This document shows, in pieces, positions 30,201 to 38,676 of a stretch of DNA of 64,000 nucleotides. Position 1 is the stretch's first letter. Every line of letters starts with the position of its first letter. Below the pieces are notes generated by a model. It made no database searches. It saw nothing but the letters and a program-made list of their open reading frames with translations, and was not told the origin of the DNA. Source of the stretch: an uncultured Nitrososphaerota archaeon (GTDB lineage Archaea > Thermoproteota > Nitrososphaeria > Nitrososphaerales > Gagatemarchaeaceae); NCBI GenBank assembly GCA_963806765.1, contig CAWDYS010000002.1:566318-630317 (forward strand), given 5' to 3'. The position numbers were made by a program, and so were the translations under genes.

Positions 30201-31319
30201 TTGAGACTCTACGAGTACGCCATCAGGCGCCTCCTGCTCATGGCCTTCGTCCTCCTCGCGCTGAGCCTCCTGATCTTCTACCTGACTCGCGGTCTGTTGC
30301 CCCCCGCGACTTCCCTTGCGCCTTACATCTCCCCAAGAATGGACGACCAGGCCAAGCTCTCCCTCGCCCAGGCCCTGGGCGTCGCGACCAGCTCCCGTCC
30401 TTCCTTCTCGGCTTTCGCAGCCCAGCAGCACGGATGCATCGTGCCTCTCTGGGGCCAGTACCTCGGGTGGCTGAAGAACGTGCTGACGGGGAACTGGGGG
30501 TTTACGCTCCTCCCAGGAATCTCGGGCACCGACACGACTTGGAACGTCTTCTTCCGCAGGTTCCCCTACACTGCGGAGCTCGCCATCGCGGGCGGCCTTC
30601 TCGCAATCCTGATTGGTGTCCCGTTGGGGATCGTCTCAGCGACGCACAACAACAAGCTCCCTGACCACATCTCGAGAATAGTCTCGCTGGGCGGGTACTC
30701 CGTCCCCCAGTTCTGGTTCGGAGCGATGCTCCAGATACTCTTCGTGCTCTACATCAGGGTGAACGGGATGGGGCTGCTCTCAGCGAGCGGCGCCCTCGCC
30801 ACAAGTTGCGCAATCTGCGTGAGCAACCCCGGGGTGATCACCTCGCACTCGGGGATTCCGATCATCGACGCGATTCTCTCCCTGAACTTCCCGTACCTCT
30901 GGGACTCGCTGGTTGCCCTGGCCCTGCCCGCCCTAACCCTTGCCATCACGTCCATCGGCGCCCTCACCAGAATCGTCAGGTCCAGCATGATGGATGTCTT
31001 AAGACAGGACTACATTCTGCTGGCGAGGTCGAAGGGTCTCAAGGAGAACGTGGTCGTCTACAGGCACGCGCTGAGGAACGCGATGCTCCCAGCCGTGACC
31101 GTCTCAGGGTTGCTCGTGGCATACCTCCTCGGGGGGGCGGTCATCGTCGAGATCGTCTTCTCCTGGCCGGGAGTAGGCAACGCATCCCTCGTCGCGGCCG
31201 ACGTTCTCGACATCAACTTCCTGGAGCTCTACGTCCTGGTCACCGCGGTAATCATCGTGGTCACGAATCTGGCCGTCGATCTCATCTACGCTAAGCTGGA
31301 CCCGAGGATTAGATACTGA
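30201..31319 (+). CDS. Opp/Dpp ABC transporter permease (OppB/DppB-like)
   Basis: 372 aa, N-terminal YAIRRLLLMAFVLL, BPD-transporter EAA-type loop (LARSKGLKENVVVYRHALRNA). Confidence 0.9.
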   Translation: MRLYEYAIRRLLLMAFVLLALSLLIFYLTRGLLPPATSLAPYISPRMDDQAKLSLAQALGVATSSRPSFSAFAAQQHGCIVPLWGQYLGWLKNVLTGNWGFTLLPGISGTDTTWNVFFRRFPYTAELAIAGGLLAILIGVPLGIVSATHNNKLPDHISRIVSLGGYSVPQFWFGAMLQILFVLYIRVNGMGLLSASGALATSCAICVSNPGVITSHSGIPIIDAILSLNFPYLWDSLVALALPALTLAITSIGALTRIVRSSMMDVLRQDYILLARSKGLKENVVVYRHALRNAMLPAVTVSGLLVAYLLGGAVIVEIVFSWPGVGNASLVAADVLDINFLELYVLVTAVIIVVTNLAVDLIYAKLDPRIRY

Positions 31320-31329
31320 GGAGAAGAGC

Positions 31330-32259
31330 ATGGAGAGCACCAAGAAACCCTCTGAGAGCGGCCGGCGCGGGCGACAGGACCTGCGCTACGCCCTCCACCT
31401 GTTGAGGAGGAACCCGATCGTCCTCGCGGGGGTCGTCCTCTCAACCGGGGCCATGATCATTGCGCTCCTTTCTCCACTGCTGGTGAACCCGACCGCCTGG
31501 CAACAGCAGCCTCTCAACTTGCGCCTCTGCTGGAACAACCCGCTCTTCAGCTGGGGGAGCGCGAACATCTTCAAGTGTTCGGGCGCGGTGTACCCCCTAG
31601 GCACCGACGCGTACGGAAGGAGCCTGCTCCAGATGATAATCTTGGCCATCCCGATCGACCTGAAGATCGCCTTCGAGGTCGTCGCCTCCGCTGTCCTGAT
31701 CGGCGTGTTCTTCGGAGGAGTCGCCGCGTACGTCGGAGGGATAGCCGACGAGGCCATACTCAGGATAACCGACATCTTCCTAGCAATTCCGGGGATCCTC
31801 CTCGCGATCGTCCTGATCGTCGTCATGGGACGGTCGCTGACGACCCTGACCATCGCCGTGCTGGTAACCTGGTGGCCGTACTACGTGAGGCTCGTCCGTT
31901 CCCAGGTCTTGGGCGAGAAGCAGAAGCCCTACGTCGAGAGGCTGCGCTCGATGGGTGCTGGCGGGCCCAGGATTCTCTTCCGGCACGTTATCCCGAACTC
32001 CGTCTACCCGGTCTTCGTTCAGGCGACGCTCGACATAGGCTCGGTGATACTCACGGTCTCCGCCCTGACATTCATCGGCTTGACGCCCAATCCCCTGCTC
32101 CCAGAGCTCGGGAACCTGGCCAACCAAGGCATCGGCTACTTCTTCACGGCGCCCTGGCTGATAGCCTTCCCCGGCCTCACGATACTCGCAGTCTCCATCG
32201 GTTTTAACCTGCTCGGGGACGGGATAAGGGACATTCTCGACCCGCGCCTCAGGAGATGA
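31330..32259 (+). CDS. Opp/Dpp ABC transporter permease (OppC/DppC-like)
   Basis: 309 aa; PLGTDAYGRSLL motif and an EAA-type loop (YVERLRSMGAGGPRILFRHVIPN). Confidence 0.9.
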   Translation: MESTKKPSESGRRGRQDLRYALHLLRRNPIVLAGVVLSTGAMIIALLSPLLVNPTAWQQQPLNLRLCWNNPLFSWGSANIFKCSGAVYPLGTDAYGRSLLQMIILAIPIDLKIAFEVVASAVLIGVFFGGVAAYVGGIADEAILRITDIFLAIPGILLAIVLIVVMGRSLTTLTIAVLVTWWPYYVRLVRSQVLGEKQKPYVERLRSMGAGGPRILFRHVIPNSVYPVFVQATLDIGSVILTVSALTFIGLTPNPLLPELGNLANQGIGYFFTAPWLIAFPGLTILAVSIGFNLLGDGIRDILDPRLRR

Positions 32260-32264
32260 CATAG

Positions 32265-33394
32265 ATGGCGAAACAAGGGGCCACCGAGACGCCGAACATC
32301 CTCGAGATCAAGGACCTGAAGGTCTCCTTCCACACCTACGCGGGCGACGTCAAGGCGCTCGACGGCATCGAGCATGTCGGTGAGGAAGGGCGAGCTCCTC
32401 GGCCTGGTGGGAGAGAGCGGCTGCGGCAAGTCCGTGACCACGCTCGCGGTGGCCGGGCTGCTGCCGCCGAACGCCGAGATACTCAGCGGGGAGGTTCTGC
32501 TCGACGGGACAAACCTCCTTTCGATTGGCAAGGACGAGATGCGCCGGGTCAGGCTCAAGGACATAGCGATCGTCTTCCAGGACCCAATGACCTATCTGAA
32601 CCCCGTGCTGACGGTCGGGTCCCAGATCTCGGAGATAATGGCCACCGACCCCGCAACGTTCATCCCCACGCTCGTCAGGCACAGGCTCGACGAGATCGGC
32701 AGGACCGAGGCAGGGGAGCCAGACCCCAAGCTGCAGGCAGAAAGTGCGCGGCTCTCCTCGGCCCTCCAGACTCTCCAGCTCAGCAAGAAGGAGTTCAAAT
32801 CGCTCAGCCGTCTCTACATCCTCGCGACGCTTCGCTCGGTGAGGCTCCCGAACCCTGAGAAGGTGATGAAGATGTTCCCCTTCGAGCCTCTCGGGCGGAA
32901 TGAGGCAGAGGATCATGATAGCCATGGCTCTCGTAAGGAGACCCAAGCTCCTGCTCGCCGACGAGATGACGACTGCCCTCGACGTCACCGTGCAGGCCCA
33001 GATACTTCAGATTCTGAGAGAGCTCAAGAGGGAGATAGACGCGTCCGTGCTCCTGATCACCCACGACCTGGCAATCGTCGCAGAGGTCTGCGACAGGGTA
33101 GCTGTCATGTACGCTGGGAACGTGGTCGAGGTCGCCGACGTCCGGGAGCTCTTCAGGAACCCGCTTCACCCCTACACGCGAGGTCTGCTCGCCTCGGTCC
33201 CCCGCGTCGACGCTACCTCGATCATGGACGAGGCGTCGATCAAGGGCTCGGTGCCCGACCTCATCTCCCCGCCCAGCGGATGCCGGTTCCATCCGAGGTG
33301 CCCCCGAGCCTTCGACAGGTGCCCCCGAGAGAAGCCGGCGCTCGTCGAGGTGAGCCCGGGACACGTGGTCTCGTGTTTCCTCTATGGAGCGTGA
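32265..33394 (+). CDS. Opp/Dpp ABC transporter ATPase (OppD-like), two frameshifts (about 32370, about 32890)
   Basis: GESGCGKSV, SGGMRQRIMIA (after the shift), LLLADEMTTALD, C-terminal oligopeptide-ATPase Cys motif (GCRFHPRCP). Confidence 0.85.
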
Positions 33395-34442
33395 AGAATC
33401 GATGGGAGACCCCGACTATCTGCTCGAGACGAAAGACCTGTTCAAGCTCTTCCCAATGAGGGAGGGCCTCCTGGGCAGGAAGGTCGCCTACGTGAGGGCT
33501 GTCGACGGGGTCACCATTGGGGTGAGGAGGGGAGAGACCCTTGGACTGGTCGGCGAGTCGGGATGCGGCAAGACCACCCTGGGGAGAACGATCCTGAGGC
33601 TCACGGAGGCGTCGGGCGGTACGATCAGGTTCGACGGAGTGGAGATTTCAGCCCTCAAGGGACGCCAGCTCAAGCCGTTCAGGGGGAGGATGCAGATAGT
33701 GTTCCAGGACCCCTACGCCTCCCTGGACCCCCGTCAGAACGTCAGGTCAGCGATAGTGGAACCTATGAGGATACACAACGTGGTGTCTTCGAGGAGGGAA
33801 GCCAACCGCCGCGCCGAGGAGCTGATAGAGACGGTCGGCCTCAACCCGGACCACCTCGCGAGGTACCCTCACGAATTCTCCGGAGGCCAGAGGCAGAGGA
33901 TATCAATCGCCATCGCGCTCGCCGTCAAGCCTTCCTTCATAGTCCTGGACGAGCCGACATCATCGCTCGACGTCTCCGTCCAGGCCCAGATACTCAAACT
34001 GCTGAAGACCCTGCAGCTGGAGCTGGGTCTTACGTATCTGTTCATCTCCCACAACCTGGCTGTGATCAGACAGATCTGCGACAGGACCGCCGTCATGTAC
34101 CTAGGTAGGATAGTCGAACTCGGCGCAACCGTCAGGTTGTTCGAGAACCCGAAGCACCCGTACACGAAGGCGCTGCTCTCCTCAGTCCCCGTCCCAGACC
34201 CTTTGAAGAGGAAGGAGCTGGCCGTGCTTTCCGGTGACATCTCAGTCCCGATGGGATTGCCGACCGGCTGCAGGTTCAGGGCGAGGTGCGCCTACGCGAC
34301 TGATGTGTGCGCCGCGGCCGACCCTCCCCTGCTGGAGGTCGAGAAGGACCACTGGATAGAATGCCACTACGACATCGATTTCGACACCGCTTCTCAGAGG
34401 AGGCTGGAGCCCCCAGCTAGCGGGAAGCCGCCACGGCGATGA
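33384..34442 (+). CDS. Opp/Dpp ABC transporter ATPase (OppF-like)
   Basis: GESGCGKTT, FSGGQRQRISIA, FIVLDEPTSSLD, GCRFRARC. Confidence 0.9.
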   Translation: MEREESMGDPDYLLETKDLFKLFPMREGLLGRKVAYVRAVDGVTIGVRRGETLGLVGESGCGKTTLGRTILRLTEASGGTIRFDGVEISALKGRQLKPFRGRMQIVFQDPYASLDPRQNVRSAIVEPMRIHNVVSSRREANRRAEELIETVGLNPDHLARYPHEFSGGQRQRISIAIALAVKPSFIVLDEPTSSLDVSVQAQILKLLKTLQLELGLTYLFISHNLAVIRQICDRTAVMYLGRIVELGATVRLFENPKHPYTKALLSSVPVPDPLKRKELAVLSGDISVPMGLPTGCRFRARCAYATDVCAAADPPLLEVEKDHWIECHYDIDFDTASQRRLEPPASGKPPRR

Positions 34443-34617
34443 TCAGGATGACCACCATCAGGACGATCAGGGGCACTGCGATCGTCTCCACCGCTGCGAT
34501 GGAGAGCGCGAGGTAGTCCCTCCAGCGAAGCCTGATCGGTTCCTCCTTGTCGCCCGAGCCTTCGTGTTCCGCTTGCTTCTCCTCGCTTCCCAATCCCTTC
34601 CCCGCTATCCCTGACAA
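34417..34617 (-). CDS. Possible small single-helix membrane protein
   Basis: 66-aa ORF with one strongly hydrophobic C-terminal helix. It could equally be a chance ORF. Confidence 0.2.
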   Translation of the reverse strand: MSGIAGKGLGSEEKQAEHEGSGDKEEPIRLRWRDYLALSIAAVETIAVPLIVLMVVILIIAVAASR

Positions 34618-34711
34618 TCGGGGGCGTGAGAATCATAAAAGGGTGCCGTTGACGCGAGAGGAGACTCTGGCCCGGAGAGCGACCGCTGTTTCGCCCGACC
34701 TCGTGCATCCA

Positions 34712-34745
34712 GCTACTCCCTGTCGATGAACTCTGCAGGTGTCGG
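34712..34745 (-). repeat. R4: diverged copy of the aEF-2 3'-end repeat
   Basis: GCTACTCCCTGTCGATGAACTCTGCAGGTGTCGG against GCTACTCCTTGTCGATGAACTCTGACGGCGTCGG at 35967-36000 (a few mismatches). Confidence 0.75.
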
Positions 34746-34792
34746 CTTCGAAGAACACTCAGGACTTCCGATTCCGAGTTCGACCCTAGGGT

Positions 34793-35017
34793 TCAAACGT
34801 GTTTCAGGAACTCGTTTCGTTCAATCCTGGCATCGTTCAGTATGGCCTGCAGGGTTCCCGTGTCCAGCTCCGGGTGCAAGGGCACCGTGATGAACGACGC
34901 GTCGTTGGTAAGGGTGACGTGGCTGCCTTTCTGTCTCAGTACCCTGAACCCATAGTACTTTGCCAAGGTCTTGACCAGCATTTTCCCGGAGATAGCTGGC
35001 AGCCTAGGCAAGTACAA
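34793..35017 (-). CDS. hicA: HicA-family (YcfA-like) type II toxin
   Basis: SGKMLVKTLAKYYGFRVLRQKGSHVTL...ITVPLHPELDTGTLQAIL. Confidence 0.8.
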   Translation of the reverse strand: MYLPRLPAISGKMLVKTLAKYYGFRVLRQKGSHVTLTNDASFITVPLHPELDTGTLQAILNDARIERNEFLKHV

Positions 35018-35023
35018 CTACTT

Positions 35024-35251
35024 CTACGCAGGTACCAGCTGACCCTCTTCTATGGCAACCTTTCCGTGTTCAATCGCGTACTCTGCCATCGCTTCGAGAT
35101 GAACTTGAATGGCTTCCCTCAGATTCTTTCTTGCCTCCTCTCTTGTCTTGCCCTGCGTCGTTATGCCGAGTTCAGGAACACGCGCCACATAGAGTTTTTC
35201 TCCCTTGGATATCTTCACGCTGAACTTCATCGACATGACTGAACCAATCAC
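35024..35251 (-). CDS. hicB: HicB-family (UPF0150) antitoxin
   Basis: KFSVKISKGEKLYVARVPELGITTQGKTREEARKNLREAIQVHLEAM. Confidence 0.75.
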   Translation of the reverse strand: MIGSVMSMKFSVKISKGEKLYVARVPELGITTQGKTREEARKNLREAIQVHLEAMAEYAIEHGKVAIEEGQLVPA

Positions 35252-35332
35252 TCCGTAATTCTATTTAAAGAACTCCGTCCGGATTAGCCGAAGCCCAGGA
35301 GGGCCGGAGACGATTCTCCGGACTGTATTCCG

Positions 35333-35353
35333 TCACTCCTTGTCGATGAACTC
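35333..35353 (-). repeat. R5: short copy of the aEF-2 3'-end repeat
   Basis: TCACTCCTTGTCGATGAACTC (core identical; the stop becomes TGA). Confidence 0.7.
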
Positions 35354-35436
35354 GAGAGACCGTGCGACACACACCTGGAATACTCGGTCAACCCGAGCAT
35401 GGTTGCCTTTATCTACCGACTGAACCTCTTTCTTGC

Positions 35437-35659
35437 ATGATGAAAGCGAAGACGCGCCCCTTCACGGTGGCAATCGAGCGTGGAGAGGACGGCTACTATG
35501 TAGCGAGTGTCGTGGAACTCCCGGGGTGCCACACCCAGGCGAAGACTCTGCGGGAATTGGACAGGCGCGTGAAGGAGGCCATCGAGACTCAATCTCGAGG
35601 CAAGGGGCGACGACTTTTCCATCCCTGAGCTTGTGGCCGTGAAGAAGGTCAATGTTTGA
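35437..35659 (+). CDS. hicB: HicB-family antitoxin, 1-nt insertion near 35590
   Basis: MMKAKTRPFTVAIERGEDGYYVASVVELPGCHTQAKTLRELDRRVKEAIE, then after removing one A: LNLEARGDDFSIPELVAVKKVNV*. Its stop overlaps the hicA start. Confidence 0.8.
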
Positions 35660-35901
35660 ACAGACCTCGCAAGCAACTTCATCCTGCGAAGCCGAGAGGT
35701 CTGCTGAAGGCACTTTCCAATCTGGGTTTCGCCGCAAGGCAGGCAAAGGGCTCGCACGTCTTCTTGAAGCATCCGGACGGTCGCACGACAACGGTCCCCG
35801 TGCATCCAGGCGAAGATATCGATAGGGTGCTTCTGCGGAAGATAGCCGCCGATGTCGGTCTAGAGCCAGAAGAGCTGATGTATCTGGTTGACGAGGCCTA
35901 A
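35656..35901 (+). CDS. hicA: HicA-family type II toxin
   Basis: LLKALSNLGFAARQAKGSHVFLKHPDGRTTTVPVHPGEDIDRVLLRKI. Confidence 0.85.
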   Translation: MNRPRKQLHPAKPRGLLKALSNLGFAARQAKGSHVFLKHPDGRTTTVPVHPGEDIDRVLLRKIAADVGLEPEELMYLVDEA

Positions 35902-35943
35902 TGCACCGCAGCCAGAACGCATGCCCAAATTGGAATCGAGGGG

Positions 35944-36015
35944 AGGAGCCCGACGCCTGCTCAGGGGCTACTCCTTGTCGATGAACTCTGACGGCGTCGG
36001 GGGCTCCGGCGAGAG
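35944..36015 (-). repeat. R6: master copy of the repeat (genuine aEF-2 3' end plus about 25 nt downstream)
   Basis: Encodes ...LSPEPPTPSEFIDKE* with stop at 35968-35970. Reference for R1-R5. Confidence 0.85.
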
Positions 36016-38197
36016 GCCCTTCCTCTTCCTCGTCTCGAGTACCAACGGCAGGAGCATGTTCGTCGGGACCGACTGCCAGAGCTTGAAGTTGGTGTTCCAC
36101 GTGGCCTTGCCCGCCGTCGCGCCCCTCATGACCTGCGAGAGGTCGAAGGTCTCGGCGGCCGGAATCTCGCCCTGTATGATGGTCACGACCTCCCTCTGCT
36201 CGACGTTGATGAGCTTGCCGCGTTTAGCGCTGATGACGCCCGTGATGGCCCCTATGAGGTCCCCGGGCCCCTTCACCTCTATGCCCAGTATCGGCTCCAG
36301 GAGCGTCGGGTTCGCCGTCAGCATCGCCCCGAGTATAGCCCTCCTCGTCGCCGGCATCAGCTGCGCGTAGGTCCTGTGCGCCGGGTCCTCGTGCGGGACA
36401 TAGTGCGTCAGCGTCACCTTGATTCCCCTGCAGAATCTCGTAGGCAAGGGGTCCGTTCTGCATGATGTCCTCGAAGCCCGCCCGGATGGAGTCCATCGAC
36501 TCCTGCAGGTATTGGACGCCCTTGGTCTCCTCCGTGAGCATGTTGCCCTTGGGGTCGATGGTGACCACGGACTTCGCCTCGTCCGACGACCACCCGTTGT
36601 CCCTCAGCGTCTTCTGGATGCCCTTCTTGTCCGTCATCTCGTTGAGCGTCCCGTTCCTGATGAGCTCGACGATGTGCGGGTCGAGCGGCTCGACCTTGAT
36701 GAATATCTTGTTGTGCCTGTTCGGGGAGCGCGACATGATTGGCCCCGCCGCCTGCCTGACCGTCTCCCTGTAGTTGATGATAGGCGGCGAGGTGATTATC
36801 TCCAGCCCCTGCTGCTGGAGCATCGTCGTCGCTATCTCGAGGTGGAGCACGCCCATGCCGGCCATTAGCGTCTCGCCCGACTCCTGGTTGATTGTGATTA
36901 TGAGGTTCGGGTCCTCGATGTTGAGCTTGCGCATCGCCTCGACGAGCTTCGGGAGGTCCCTCGGGTGCTTCGCCTCGACCGCCGTCGTCACGACCGGCTC
37001 GGAGACGTAGTGTATCGACTCGAACGGTACGACGTCCTTGAGGTTCGATATGGTTTCGCCCGAGCGGATGTCGAGCCCCAGCAGCGCCGGGATGTTGCCC
37101 GCCGGGAGCGAGTCCACAATCTCTCTCTGGAAGCCCATGAAGAGCTGGACCGACTGTATCTTGCCCTCCTTCTTCGAGTTGAGCAGGTAGACAGGGTCGC
37201 CGTTGGAGACCGAGCCCGAGAAGAGCCTGCCGACGCCGACCAGCCCCGCCGCCGGGTCCACCACGACGTTGGTGACCATCATGACCATCGGGCCGTTCTC
37301 GTCGCACGCCAGCAGCGACTTGCCCACCTCGCTGTTGAGGTCGCCCTGCCAAATCTTGGGGATGCGGTAGGCCTGCGCTACGTCGGGCCGTGGGTGGTGC
37401 TTGACGACCATGCCGAGGAGCGCCTCGTGGAGCGGGAGCCTCTTGCCAAGGCCCTCCGGCCCCACGGTAGTGTACGCCTCGATGATGTCCTTGAACGACA
37501 TGCCCTCCCGCTTCGCCATGGCCGCGTTGAAGCCCCACTTGTCCTTGCTGGAGCCGAAGGCCACCTGCCCCGCCGCGACCGTCACCTTCCACTTCTCCTT
37601 GTACTCGGGCTCGGCGTAGGTGTCGATGAGGCGGTTGAAGTCGTTGACGATGTCGAAGAGCCACTTCAGCATCGCGTCGGGCCCCAGACGGAGCTCTTTG
37701 ATCAGGCGGTCGACCTTGTTGATGTATAAGACCGGACGGACCCTCTCCTCGAGCGCCTGGCGCGTGACTGTTTCTGTTTGCGTCATCACGCCTTCAACAC
37801 TGTCTACAACGACGATAGCCCCGTCAACGGCCCTTAACGACCTCGTAACCTTGCCTGTGAAGTCGATGTGGCCGGGCGTGTCGATGAGGTTGATGACATA
37901 CGGCTGTCCCTCCTCTTCGTAGTAGAGCGTGACATTGGCCGCCTTGATGGTCATCTGCCTCGACTGCTCCAGCTCCATGTAGTCCAGGGCTAACGCTTGA
38001 CCAGCTACGCTAGGACTCAACATTCCACACGCTGCCAGGAGGGAGTCGGATGTCGTCGTTCTCGGTAGTAGAATCAGACCAAGCTACTGGTTGCTACTAT
38101 TCCCGTGGTCGACATGCGCGATGATCCCGAGGTTGCGTATGTGTGCCCTATCGTGGACGATTTTGAGGGCTTCTGTCGTAGACTTGAACTTCGGCAT
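35968..38197 (-). CDS. fusA: Archaeal translation elongation factor 2 (aEF-2), interrupted by a 39-nt insertion (38061-38099) and one frameshift near 36430
   Basis: MPKFKSTTEALKIVHDRAHIRNLGIIAHVDHG[39 nt]KTTTSDSLLAACGM...LIDTPGHIDF...; C-terminus ...GKATWNTNFKLWQSVP...PSEFIDKE*. All GTPase motifs are present once the insertion is removed. Confidence 0.95.
38061..38099 (-). other. Candidate bulge-helix-bulge (BHB)-type intron within the aEF-2 P-loop codons
   Basis: 39 nt with in-frame TAG codons. Precise removal restores AHVDHGKTT. Flanks fold into helix / 3-nt bulge / 4-position helix / 3-nt bulge, with both junctions after bulge nucleotide 2 (see finding). Confidence 0.4.
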
Positions 38198-38603
38198 TAT
38201 CCTTGACCTTGGGTGGCCTTTTCGAGTTCGGGTTATGAACCTTTCCTAGCGGTTGTGCTGATTCTGATAAATGAGAGTGCATCAGGCGATAACGGAGGCA
38301 GGGGATGAGGACGTCTTTACCAGATGGTCGAGTGCCTCTTGCAAGAAGGGCGTCCCATTCCGCTTCGTGGCCTTGCTTGTGAACCTCCAGAGGGTTGAAC
38401 AACGGTTCTACGCCGTATTCCTCAGGGTGGTCATGAAAACCTTCTACCCATTCTTCGAACCAATGAGGCTTGTCCCGGATGCCGTGTTCCTCTCTGTCGT
38501 AGATTCTGCAACAAAGGTGCGTCGGACACTCTCTGCACGTCTTGGCGTTCTCGTATTCCACCAGCGTTATGGTTCCCCAATCCTGTTGTTCCGCAATGCT
38601 CAA
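38148..38603 (-). CDS. Cys-rich hypothetical protein (CxxC...CC motif; weak YkgJ/UPF0153-like resemblance)
   Basis: 151-aa ORF with CRECPTHLCC, in a visibly lower-GC patch. Its last about 50 nt overlap the aEF-2 start, so the true 3' end is uncertain. Confidence 0.4.
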   Translation of the reverse strand: MSIAEQQDWGTITLVEYENAKTCRECPTHLCCRIYDREEHGIRDKPHWFEEWVEGFHDHPEEYGVEPLFNPLEVHKQGHEAEWDALLARGTRPSGKDVLIPCLRYRLMHSHLSESAQPLGKVHNPNSKRPPKVKDNAEVQVYDRSPQNRPR

Positions 38604-38676
38604 ACTGTTTAGCCCAAAGATACGGTGTGATGGGCACGACTTTTAAGCCCGCGAGAATCCGACATTCGATGAAAAA

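Noticed and set aside
36414-37664. 416-aa minus-strand ORF inside the aEF-2 gene
   Set aside because: An alternative frame of the same strand as aEF-2, with extreme R/G/A/P composition and no motifs. The aEF-2 frame is conserved throughout.
38061-38099. Interpreting the 39-nt aEF-2 insertion as just another sequencing indel
   Set aside because: All other breaks that I resolved are single bases. This one is 39 nt with its own base composition, internal hairpins and structured flanks. It is therefore kept as a finding, although an artifact or a miniature mobile insertion is not excluded.
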